From the NCBI GenBank assembly GCA_015523565.1, contig WAKA01000228.1, positions 1-10,112 on the forward strand: a DNA stretch of 10,112 nucleotides. Reading direction: 5' to 3'. The notes under the pieces are model-generated. The model had not been told where the DNA came from, ran no database searches, and saw nothing but the letters and a program-made list of their open reading frames with translations. The stretch is from Candidatus Heimdallarchaeota archaeon (GTDB lineage: Archaea > Asgardarchaeota > Heimdallarchaeia > Heimdallarchaeales > Kariarchaeaceae). Below, piece after piece: positions 1 to 7,543 of this stretch; positions within the stretch are counted from its first letter, which is position 1; each line of letters begins with the position of its first letter. The translations under genes were made by a program, and so were the position numbers.

Positions 1-110
1 ATTTATAATGATCTAGCATCATAAAAATAACTTAATTATACAAATTGCATTATTTTCCTTATTAAACAAGTTAAAATTTTTCACCTATTGATTGCAATTC
101 CTAAAGTTTC

Positions 111-118
111 TTTAAAAG
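111..118 (+). promoter_or_regulatory. Archaeal TATA-like box for the dehydratase gene
   Basis: TTTAAAAG starts 26 nt before ATG 137; no SD visible. Confidence 0.5.
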
Positions 119-136
119 TTCAATTCTATTGAAAAT

Positions 137-1087
137 ATGCAATCAAATGATTTTGATAAGGCTTGGGAGAGAGTCAGCCATTTTCTCAAGCCTACACCAC
201 TGATTAGATCAGATTGGCTTTCAGATCTAACAGGTGGTAATGTATACCTAAAGCTGGAGTGTTTAAATCTAGGTCATTCGTTTAAAATCAGAGGAGCATT
301 GAATTCTATTCTAAGTTTTCCAAAGATACCATCTAAAGTAATAACTGCAAGTGGAGGAAACCATGGATTAGGCGTGGCAATTGCAAGTAAGCTATTAGGT
401 ATCAAATGCAGGATTTATCTTCCTGAAAAAACTCCTGAAAGTCGAATCAGATTACTCGAGGAAATGAATGCAGAAGTTATCCTTTTTGGAGAAGCTTGGG
501 ATGAAAGCGACATGGAGGCAAGGAGGATAGCGAAGGAAACTAACATTCCATATATTCATGCATTTGCCCAAAAAGAAGTTTTTCTTGGTCAGGGAACAAT
601 AATAAGGGAATTGCAGCAACAAATTGCAAAGATTGATGCCCTTGTAGCTTCAGTTGGAGGAGGAGGTCTGATGTCAGGACTAATTACAACTGCAAAGTAC
701 CTTGATATGGATATTGATTTTTATTCTGTTGAGACAAAAGGGGCTGATTCATTTTACAGAAGTTTTAAAGCAGGAAGGATAATGGAACTTGACAAAATTG
801 CCTCTATTGCCAATACGTTAGGTGCAAAGAAAACTACACCAGAAATATTTGAAATATTGAGAAATGGAATTTCAGAGGCATTTGTGGTTGATGATGCAAA
901 AGCAGTCAGGGATTTGGAGGAATTTCTGAATATCGAGAAAATACTTATTGAGCCAGCAGCATCCTGTATCATTTCTGCATTGAAAGAACACAAGGATCTT
1001 TTCAGGAATAAAAATGTTGTCCTGATAATTTGTGGGTCAAACATTTCCTTGAATGACTTTCTTAAATGGAAAAAGCTGTTTCAGTGA
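137..1087 (+). CDS. PLP-dependent threonine/serine ammonia-lyase (IlvA/TdcB-like, fold type II), no C-terminal regulatory domain
   Basis: PTPL...YLKLE...HSFKIRG (PLP lysine), TASGGNHG, HAF...GQGT, VGGGGLMSG phosphate loop, IEPAA, IICGSN; 316 aa covers the catalytic domain only. Confidence 0.9.
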   Translation: MQSNDFDKAWERVSHFLKPTPLIRSDWLSDLTGGNVYLKLECLNLGHSFKIRGALNSILSFPKIPSKVITASGGNHGLGVAIASKLLGIKCRIYLPEKTPESRIRLLEEMNAEVILFGEAWDESDMEARRIAKETNIPYIHAFAQKEVFLGQGTIIRELQQQIAKIDALVASVGGGGLMSGLITTAKYLDMDIDFYSVETKGADSFYRSFKAGRIMELDKIASIANTLGAKKTTPEIFEILRNGISEAFVVDDAKAVRDLEEFLNIEKILIEPAASCIISALKEHKDLFRNKNVVLIICGSNISLNDFLKWKKLFQ

Positions 1088-1110
1088 GTAAGAAATGGAC
1101 GTTTCAGTAT

Positions 1111-2067
1111 TTACTTTTCGACTTCAGTTGCATAAAGGACATCGTCCTTATATTCAAGTTTTATCTGAAGCAAATCATCTTCTTTCATGAACACAACAGT
1201 ATCGTTCCAGGTCTTCGGTTTGATCTTTTGTTGCTTGAAAACAACAAGACCCTCAAACTCATTTTCCAGATCCTGTAGGATTCCCTTGGCTGAAAATACT
1301 GTATAATTGTCCTCGACATATTCCTTGAGTTTTTTGACTTGGAAAAAGAAGGGTTTGGAATAATCAAGTTTTCCCAAATCAATTTCTTGTTTCATTTCCT
1401 TGGATTTATCTGATTTTTCTTCAAGGGGTTTCTTTTCAAGTGGTTCAAAAACAAATGGTTCCTCATCTGTTTCATCTTCAAAACTTTGAGTGATAGGTGT
1501 CTTTCTTGCTACTGTTTTGCCTGTTTTTTCTTTTATTTTCACCCTTTCCCTCAATTCTGCCTCCTGCTTTTCAAGGTCTGCCTTGCTTAGTTCGTCCTCA
1601 ATTCCTACTTGATCCAGCAACCGTTTCCTTTCTGCCAACTGAGCAGGCAAGCCTGTTTCTTCATCAACTTCCATTCCTGAAAGGGTACTTTTGATATATT
1701 TTTGTTGGGCAGTTTTCCAGAGGTCTCCAATATTTGGATCGGATAGTTCTTCCAAAGGATACTTGACCCTAATAGTGTATTTTCCTGGAATTCGATATCC
1801 TGATCTTGTAATGCTGTCTGCCTGTCTTCTTGCAGTTCTTTGAGCTACAATGCCAACATGTGAGCCAAAAACCAGAAACCATCGTTGACCATTTTCATCA
1901 AGTACAAGCAATCCGTCAATCATTTCTCTTTCCAATGCATCTTCAATTTCAGGAACTGTTGGAAGTTTTACAATTTGTGAAAGGACTTTCTTTCGCTCAT
2001 CTTGGACATATTCGTACTTTCTGTCTTCATGTGAATAAATAAAAAATTCCATGGTTTTCTCTGACAT
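1111..2067 (-). CDS. Hypothetical protein: possible divergent gelsolin-like N-terminal domain, charged coiled/low-complexity middle, beta-rich C-terminal domain
   Basis: 318-aa ORF with its own TATA-like box (2089-2096). LLVLDENGQRWFLVFGSHVGIVAQRTARRQADSI resembles the gelsolin strand-strand-helix core; the centre is E/K-rich. The ORF is well supported; the function is tentative. Confidence 0.75.
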   Translation of the reverse strand: MSEKTMEFFIYSHEDRKYEYVQDERKKVLSQIVKLPTVPEIEDALEREMIDGLLVLDENGQRWFLVFGSHVGIVAQRTARRQADSITRSGYRIPGKYTIRVKYPLEELSDPNIGDLWKTAQQKYIKSTLSGMEVDEETGLPAQLAERKRLLDQVGIEDELSKADLEKQEAELRERVKIKEKTGKTVARKTPITQSFEDETDEEPFVFEPLEKKPLEEKSDKSKEMKQEIDLGKLDYSKPFFFQVKKLKEYVEDNYTVFSAKGILQDLENEFEGLVVFKQQKIKPKTWNDTVVFMKEDDLLQIKLEYKDDVLYATEVEK

Positions 2068-2088
2068 TACAATCTATATGGAACTAGA

Positions 2089-2096
2089 TTTTATAG
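2089..2096 (-). promoter_or_regulatory. TATA-like box for the 318-aa hypothetical gene
   Basis: CTATAAAA on the minus strand, 29 nt before ATG 2067. Confidence 0.5.
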
Positions 2097-2117
2097 AGTT
2101 TATGGAGACTGGGCTCA

Positions 2118-3332
2118 TTAAAATGAATCTTTCCATTCAGAAGTTGAAAAAACCTTGCCCGCGATAATGGTTTTCATGCATCTATTCTGATCAAACCTAG
2201 TAATGAATTCTTCAGGTGAGTTCCCTTTAAGGAGAATCAGGTTTGCAGGTGACCCTTCCTTCAATAACGGTCTTTCTTGACCAGTAATGCCAAGATATGA
2301 ACCAGTTGTTGCAGCAGCCATTGCATTTCTTGGATTCATACGATACAAATAGACCGCAAGTCTTACGGCAGTTTGCATTGAAATGACAAGGTTATTTGGA
2401 TTGAAATCTGTGCCCAATCCAATTTTCAAATCATTCACCTCTTTCCATCCAACTGGTCGATCATTCATGAAAAGCCCTATTGGCGCGGCAGGCATGAACA
2501 TGGCAACAGTTCCGGAATTGCTTAATACTTGGAAGTCATTTCGTTTTGCTTGCAATAGATGATCAGCAGATAAGGCATTGAATTCTTTGGCGGCAATCCT
2601 CCCTATCCCGGTATATTCAAGTTCATCCGCATGAACCTTGACAGGAAGCCCTACATCTACTGAAGCTCTCAATATCTTTTTTGTCTCTTCAACAGTGAAA
2701 GCCCCCCTGTCACAAAAGACATCAGTAGATACTGCAAGTTTTTTCTGTTTTATTTCATCAAGTATTGAAATTACCTCATTAACATATTCCTCACGTGGTT
2801 TTTCTGGAGGCAAGGCATGAGCTCCACAATAAGTTGGGACAATAGTGACTTCATGCATCTCATTTGCTCGGTTCAGTATTTTGAGCAAACGGATTTCCTC
2901 ATCCGCAGTCAATCCGTAACCGCTTTTGGCTTCAACTGTTGTTGTTCCATATTCCGCCATTTTATCAAGCCTATTCAAAACCAATTTCAAGAGTTCTTCG
3001 TCAGATGCGTCTCTGGTATGCTTGACAGTGGTGAGGATGCCTCCACCCTGTTCAAGTATCTCTGCATATGATGCTCCCTTGACTTTCAAGGGAAGCTCAA
3101 AAGACCTGTCTCCTGCAAAGATCAAATGTGTATGGCCGTCCGTAAACGGTAAGCTGGCAAAATGACCAAGAGCATTTATGCCTTCTCCATTCTTGATTTC
3201 CCCCGACTGTGAAGTGATTTCCATTATTTTATTATTTTCAATTTTTATGGTGAATAATCCTTGTACATACTGAATACCATTGAAATAACCAGAAAGATTG
3301 TAAATATCCATATATCGGAAATTAATTTCCAT
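2118..3332 (-). CDS. hutI: Imidazolonepropionase (amidohydrolase superfamily)
   Basis: DGHTHLIFAGDRSFE, SYAEILEQGGGILTTV, GTTTVEAKSGYGL, GAHALP, DVFCDRGAF, HADEL, SADHL and GTDFNP are characteristic HutI motifs. Confidence 0.93.
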   Translation of the reverse strand: MEINFRYMDIYNLSGYFNGIQYVQGLFTIKIENNKIMEITSQSGEIKNGEGINALGHFASLPFTDGHTHLIFAGDRSFELPLKVKGASYAEILEQGGGILTTVKHTRDASDEELLKLVLNRLDKMAEYGTTTVEAKSGYGLTADEEIRLLKILNRANEMHEVTIVPTYCGAHALPPEKPREEYVNEVISILDEIKQKKLAVSTDVFCDRGAFTVEETKKILRASVDVGLPVKVHADELEYTGIGRIAAKEFNALSADHLLQAKRNDFQVLSNSGTVAMFMPAAPIGLFMNDRPVGWKEVNDLKIGLGTDFNPNNLVISMQTAVRLAVYLYRMNPRNAMAAATTGSYLGITGQERPLLKEGSPANLILLKGNSPEEFITRFDQNRCMKTIIAGKVFSTSEWKDSF

Positions 3333-3352
3333 GTTTTGATTTTTAGGTTAAT

Positions 3353-3360
3353 TAATTAAA
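3353..3360 (-). promoter_or_regulatory. TATA-like box for hutI
   Basis: TTTAATTA on the minus strand, 28 nt before ATG 3332; the surrounding sequence is very AT-rich. Confidence 0.35.
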
Positions 3361-3371
3361 AATTTGTGAGG

Positions 3372-4274
3372 TTATGCCTTGACTTTTCTTCTTCTCCTGA
3401 CAATTGCGGCAATAGACAGGAAGACAAGACCAAGAACTAGAGATGATTGATCAAAGGGACTGCTTTTTGTTTCAGCTTGGCTTGATTCACCAGATGCACC
3501 TGTTGAGAACCATCTGCCAAAAATCTCGTCATAGGTTCCATCTTTAAGCATTGCATTCAAAATTTCATTGAGCTTCTCAAGAAGTCTTGTCTCACCTTTT
3601 CTGACACCGATGCCAAACTGTTCAACAGATCCGAAAGTTGTAACAACCTCACCATTTACTTGACCTGTTTTGACAGCATAAGCAACAACTGGGAAGTCAC
3701 CAAGAATGACATCGATTTCACCAAGCTCCAGTTTTTGGTAAAGCAATGTAAAATCATCAAGTCTAAGGATGTTGTCCTCACTGGTTTTATTTGTGATATA
3801 GAAATCACTGGTAGTGCCTCTTTGAACACCAACAACAATATCGGTTCTGTTAAGGTCAGATTCTCCTTGGATGTTCTTTGGATTGCCTGCGGCTACCATT
3901 ATTGCCTGTGAGGAATTGTAATATGGTCTTGTGAAGTCAATTTCTTTTGACCTGTCTTCTGTGATTGTCATAGCAGAAAGAATTATGTCAAATTCACCGT
4001 TTTTCAATTGTGGAATAATTGTATCCCAATTGACTGTTTTGATTTCTGCCGTGACATTTAGCCTGCTGGCGATTTCTTTGGCCAAATCCACATCAAATCC
4101 CACTGCCACTTGGCTGTCATTGAGAAATTCAAAGGGGGGATATGTGGTATCGGCACCAATTACTATTTTGCCTGCTGCAATTATATCATCCAGTTGATCC
4201 CCATAAACTGGATGGGAGTTAAAACTCATTGCAAGCATTGCAACAATTAGAATGATTGTTAATCTTTTCTTCAT
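3372..4274 (-). CDS. Polar amino-acid ABC transporter substrate-binding protein (family 3, ArtJ/GlnH/HisJ-like) with signal peptide and C-terminal membrane anchor
   Basis: GADTTYPPFE, GFDVDLAKEIA, SAMTITEDR, FTRPYY, GVQRGTT, DGTYDEIFGRWF. ATG at 4274 is preferred over TTG at 4280 because GGTGA (4286-4282) lies 7 nt upstream. Confidence 0.93.
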   Translation of the reverse strand: MKKRLTIILIVAMLAMSFNSHPVYGDQLDDIIAAGKIVIGADTTYPPFEFLNDSQVAVGFDVDLAKEIASRLNVTAEIKTVNWDTIIPQLKNGEFDIILSAMTITEDRSKEIDFTRPYYNSSQAIMVAAGNPKNIQGESDLNRTDIVVGVQRGTTSDFYITNKTSEDNILRLDDFTLLYQKLELGEIDVILGDFPVVAYAVKTGQVNGEVVTTFGSVEQFGIGVRKGETRLLEKLNEILNAMLKDGTYDEIFGRWFSTGASGESSQAETKSSPFDQSSLVLGLVFLSIAAIVRRRRKVKA

Positions 4275-4281
4275 ATTCAAT

Positions 4282-4286
4282 TCACC
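4282..4286 (-). promoter_or_regulatory. Shine-Dalgarno (GGTGA) of the binding-protein gene
   Basis: GTGGTGAATTGAATATG on the minus strand; archaeal-type GGTGA 7 nt before the ATG. Confidence 0.6.
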
Positions 4287-4322
4287 ACTTCATCAATGTG
4301 AAGCTAACCTCATTAAATTTCG

Positions 4323-4338
4323 AAAAATAAAACTTTTT
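4323..4338 (-). promoter_or_regulatory. BRE+TATA-like internal promoter for the binding-protein gene
   Basis: AAAAAG-TTTTATTT on the minus strand: purine-rich BRE-like element followed by a TATA-like element. Confidence 0.4.
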
Positions 4339-4342
4339 GTGG

Positions 4343-4349
4343 AAAAAAA
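4343..4349 (-). terminator. Oligo-T (T7) archaeal-type terminator after the ABC ATPase gene
   Basis: TGA-TTTGATCC-TTTTTTT directly after the stop codon on the minus strand. Confidence 0.45.
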
Positions 4350-4357
4350 GGATCAAA

Positions 4358-5098
4358 TCATAAAATCCTGTTCAAGAACTGACGAGTCCTCTGCGATTTT
4401 GGATTGGTCAGAATTTCCTCAGGTGTACCCTCTTCCAGAATTACACCATTGTCAACAAACAACACGCGGTCAGCCGCTTCTTTTGCAAATCCCATCTCAT
4501 GGGTCACAACCATCATGGTCATGTGTTCCTTGGCAAGTTTTTCCATTATTTCAATAACCCCCCCTACAAGCTCTGGATCCAATGCAGATGTTGGTTCATC
4601 AAAAAGCATCAATTTCGGGTTCATGGCAAGAGCCCTTGCAATTCCAACACGTTGTGCCTGTCCACCAGATAACTGTGCAGGATATGAATCCGCCTTATCC
4701 GAAAGGTCCACCATTTCCAATGTTTCAAAAGCTATCTTTTCTGCCTCTTCAACAGAAAGTCCTTTCACCTTTGTCAATCCCAAAGTGATATTGTTCATGA
4801 CCGTCAAATGGGTAAAGAGGTTGAAATTCTGAAAAACCATACCTATCTGGGTTCTCAGCTGGTTTATGTCATACGAGGGGTCCAACACATTCTGACCCTC
4901 AAAAAGGATTTTGCCTGATGTTGGTTCAACCAACCTATTGACACATCTAAGCAATGTTGATTTTCCAGATCCTGAAGCACCGATAATGACAACAACTTCC
5001 CCTTTCTTGACTTCCATGTTGATGTCTTTCAATGCAGGTTCCTCATTTGGACGGTACTGTTTCCTGAGATTAATGATTTTCAAGAGTGGATCAGTCAT
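4358..5098 (-). CDS. glnQ: Polar amino-acid ABC transporter ATP-binding protein (GlnQ/ArtR family)
   Basis: Walker [11 protein letters not shown]-loop [10 protein letters not shown], signature LSGGQAQR, Walker [16 protein letters not shown]-loop VVTHEM. ATG at 5098 follows the permease TAA by 1 nt (TAA-C-ATG), so it is preferred over TTG at 5122. Confidence 0.93.
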   Translation of the reverse strand: MTDPLLKIINLRKQYRPNEEPALKDINMEVKKGEVVVIIGASGSGKSTLLRCVNRLVEPTSGKILFEGQNVLDPSYDINQLRTQIGMVFQNFNLFTHLTVMNNITLGLTKVKGLSVEEAEKIAFETLEMVDLSDKADSYPAQLSGGQAQRVGIARALAMNPKLMLFDEPTSALDPELVGGVIEIMEKLAKEHMTMMVVTHEMGFAKEAADRVLFVDNGVILEEGTPEEILTNPKSQRTRQFLNRIL

Positions 5099-5099
5099 G

Positions 5100-5819
5100 T
5101 TAATCTTCTCCATGAATGCCAAGACCAGGTATTCTGTATTTTTTCTCCAATTTCTGAAGCAAGCGAGACAAGGAAAATGTCAATACAAAGTAAATTATTC
5201 CAATGGAAAACCACGTATCCAAAGTCCTGAATGTTTGTGCAGAAAGGGATCGACCCATAAAGGTCAAGTCTTTTACTGCAACTACACTGACTAGACTACT
5301 GTTAAGGATCAAGTTAATGAATTCGTTTGCAAGTGGAGGTGTAATAACCCTATACGCCTGAGGTAATATGACATATCGCATTGCTTGAGGATAAGTCAAT
5401 CCAACAGCCCTTGCCGCTTCCATTTGTCCACGGGGAATGCTTGTTATTCCTGCCCTGATAATTTCAGCTTGATATGCACCTGTATTCAAACTAAGAACAA
5501 TAACCACATCCCAGAATGAAGAGGGATTTGTCCAAGTTCCCAATACTATTGGCTGGTTAAAAATCTCAGAAACCAGCCGCGGGTATGCAAAACTCATGAA
5601 AAGAATTTGCACAAGCAGTGGTGTCGACCTGAATATTTCGATATAAACAATGCCTGGCCACCTGAGAATTGGATTTTTAGACAGTTTCATCAATGCGCCT
5701 ATCAAGCCCAATATCAATCCAAAACCCATGGACAGAAGGCATATCTGGATGGTTATCATCAATCCGCTCAAGAGCCAACTGTTATATTCAACAAGAAAAC
5801 CAAAGACATCTATCGCCAT
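5100..5819 (-). CDS. Polar amino-acid ABC transporter permease (HisM/GlnP family)
   Basis: [39 protein letters not shown] (EAA loop), [14 protein letters not shown]; multiple hydrophobic segments. Confidence 0.93.
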   Translation of the reverse strand: MAIDVFGFLVEYNSWLLSGLMITIQICLLSMGFGLILGLIGALMKLSKNPILRWPGIVYIEIFRSTPLLVQILFMSFAYPRLVSEIFNQPIVLGTWTNPSSFWDVVIVLSLNTGAYQAEIIRAGITSIPRGQMEAARAVGLTYPQAMRYVILPQAYRVITPPLANEFINLILNSSLVSVVAVKDLTFMGRSLSAQTFRTLDTWFSIGIIYFVLTFSLSRLLQKLEKKYRIPGLGIHGED

Positions 5820-5908
5820 TAGTTGTCATTAATTTGATCGATATTTGTTCCTTTTCCATCAAAAAGGGACAATAGAATATGATTTGTCAAATTATCTCAA
5901 ATAATTTC

Positions 5909-7252
5909 TCAAAGATTGTGTTTAGCCAAGAACTCTGTAATGACATCTTCCAAGTTGCCACCCTCCTTTTCCTTCAATGAATAACTAATCCTTGCTACCG
6001 GTTTATCAATCTTGATGATCTTGGTCAAATCAATTGGAGTTCCTATAATTACAGCTTCTGCATCAGAATTATTGATCGTTTCCTCCAGATCTTTCATCTG
6101 TTCCTTTCCATATCCCATTGCAGGCAGAATTCCTGATCCTTTAAGGTGTGTATATTTTTCATAAGTATCCGCAATGCTCCTGACTGCAAACTTTTCAGGA
6201 TTCATGATGATTTCGCATCCAAGCTTATGGGCGGCAATTGTTCCTGCACCAGTGGTCACCTCTCCATGTGTAACAGTAGGTCCATCCTCAATCACAAGGA
6301 CCTTTTTACCCTTGACCTCGTCAGGATTGTCAATATGAACTTCACTGTCTGCTATAATGACCTGTGCATTTGGATTCCATTTCTTGATGTTTTCCTTAAG
6401 TTGCTCTATATTTTCTTTGGGTGCTGAATCCGCCTTGTTGATGATAATAATGTCACCTCTGATAAGATTGACCTGACCAGGATAATATCTCAATTCATGA
6501 CCAACCCTATGAGGATCTGTAACAACAATTTCCAAGTCTGGCTCAAAGAATGGGAAGTCATTATTTCCCCCGTCCCAAAGGATTATCTCAACTTCCTTTT
6601 CAGCGGCTTCAAGAATATCCTTGTAATCCACACCTGCAAAAACAATGTTTCCAGATTTTATATGGTGCTCGTATTCCTCCATTTCCTCAATGGTACAGTT
6701 TTGTTCAATCATGTCCTCATATGTGGCAAATCTTTGCACCCTCATCTTCACAAGGTCACCGTATGGCATAGGATGACGAACAGCCGCAACCTTTTTGCCT
6801 TTGCTCTTCAAGATTTCAGATATTCTTCTGGTCGTCTGGGATTTTCCGCATCCTGTTCTTACAGCACAGACTGAGATGACAGGCTTTTTGGACTTGAGCA
6901 TGGTTTGTTTTGGACCTAAAAGCATGAAGTCTGCACCTGCCGCATTAGCCCTTGCCGATTGGGTCATGACGTACTCATAAGAAAGGTCAGAATAAGCCAA
7001 TACAACAAGGTCAATCTCAAGTTCCTTGATCAGCTTTTCAAGGTCTTTTGCAGAATAAATCGGGATCCCATCTGGATATCTTGGCCCCGCCAGTTCTGCG
7101 GGGTATTTCTTGTCATCAATCCCAGGAATTTGTTCCGCGGTAAATGCTTTAACATTATATAGGTCTGCGTTTTCACCATCTCTAAAGACCATATTGAAAT
7201 TATGGAAGTCCCTACCAGCGGCCCCCATGATTAAAACGTTAATTTTCTCCAT
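5909..7252 (-). CDS. arcE: Probable arginine synthetase ArcE (family usually annotated as cyclic 2,3-diphosphoglycerate synthetase-like / predicted GTPase)
   Basis: IMGAAGRDFHNFN, AFTAEQIP, YPAELAGPRYPDGIPI, AVRTGCGKSQT (P-loop), RHPMPYGDL, WDGGNNDFPF, EDGPTVTHG, LPAMGYG. These match my recollection of the Thermococcus ArcE family; no alignment was run. ATG 7252 is preferred over GTG 7273, which overlaps the TATA-like box. Confidence 0.8.
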   Translation of the reverse strand: MEKINVLIMGAAGRDFHNFNMVFRDGENADLYNVKAFTAEQIPGIDDKKYPAELAGPRYPDGIPIYSAKDLEKLIKELEIDLVVLAYSDLSYEYVMTQSARANAAGADFMLLGPKQTMLKSKKPVISVCAVRTGCGKSQTTRRISEILKSKGKKVAAVRHPMPYGDLVKMRVQRFATYEDMIEQNCTIEEMEEYEHHIKSGNIVFAGVDYKDILEAAEKEVEIILWDGGNNDFPFFEPDLEIVVTDPHRVGHELRYYPGQVNLIRGDIIIINKADSAPKENIEQLKENIKKWNPNAQVIIADSEVHIDNPDEVKGKKVLVIEDGPTVTHGEVTTGAGTIAAHKLGCEIIMNPEKFAVRSIADTYEKYTHLKGSGILPAMGYGKEQMKDLEETINNSDAEAVIIGTPIDLTKIIKIDKPVARISYSLKEKEGGNLEDVITEFLAKHNL

Positions 7253-7272
7253 GTTTACGGATTTTACGTGCA

Positions 7273-7280
7273 CCTATAAG
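7273..7280 (-). promoter_or_regulatory. TATA-like box for the arcE-like gene
   Basis: CTTATAGG on the minus strand, 28 nt before ATG 7252. Confidence 0.4.
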
Positions 7281-7513
7281 AAATGATCTCTAGTGGTCAA
7301 AATTGAAGCAATAAAAATTAATGTATTTCTTTGGCATTTCAACGGTTCTTTCATACATTTGCGAATTACGTACAGGATCTGGTACGTTTCCCTTCCGAAA
7401 TTCGAAAGAAAATCCGATTGTCGGGTCGAAGTGTTTAGCATTAGTACAGTTTTTTCAAAAAATATCGGATTAATGTTTAATTTAAGCAAAAATTCATGTC
7501 AAATTTACAACCA

Positions 7514-7521
7514 TTTATAAA
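7514..7521 (+). promoter_or_regulatory. TATA box for the small H-NOX-like ORF
   Basis: Consensus TTTATAAA, 30 nt before ATG 7544. Confidence 0.6.
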
Positions 7522-7543
7522 GGTTAATGCTCCCATTATAATT

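Noticed and set aside
8-22. ATGAT-ctagc-ATCAT palindrome at the window start
   Set aside because: 5-bp arms in very AT-rich DNA at the edge of the window; cannot be distinguished from chance.
4404-5294. Plus-strand ORFs of 142, 68 and 127 aa, and the other short antisense ORFs in the track
   Set aside because: They are shadows of well-conserved genes on the opposite strand, with no recognisable motifs.
5788-5829. 13-codon out-of-frame uORF overlapping the permease start (minus strand)
   Set aside because: No SD, no enrichment of Arg or His codons expected of a leader peptide; likely chance.
5909-7273. Annotation as cyclic 2,3-diphosphoglycerate synthetase (cpgS)
   Set aside because: The GAAGRDFHNFN N-terminus, RHPMPYGDL and WDGGNND motifs fit the ArcE-type branch as I recall it; no 2-phosphoglycerate kinase gene is adjacent, and the context is amino-acid transport.
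7274-7520. 71-aa (-) and 75-aa (+) ORFs in the divergent intergenic region
   Set aside because: No recognisable features, non-ATG or unsupported starts, mutually overlapping, and they cover probable promoter DNA.
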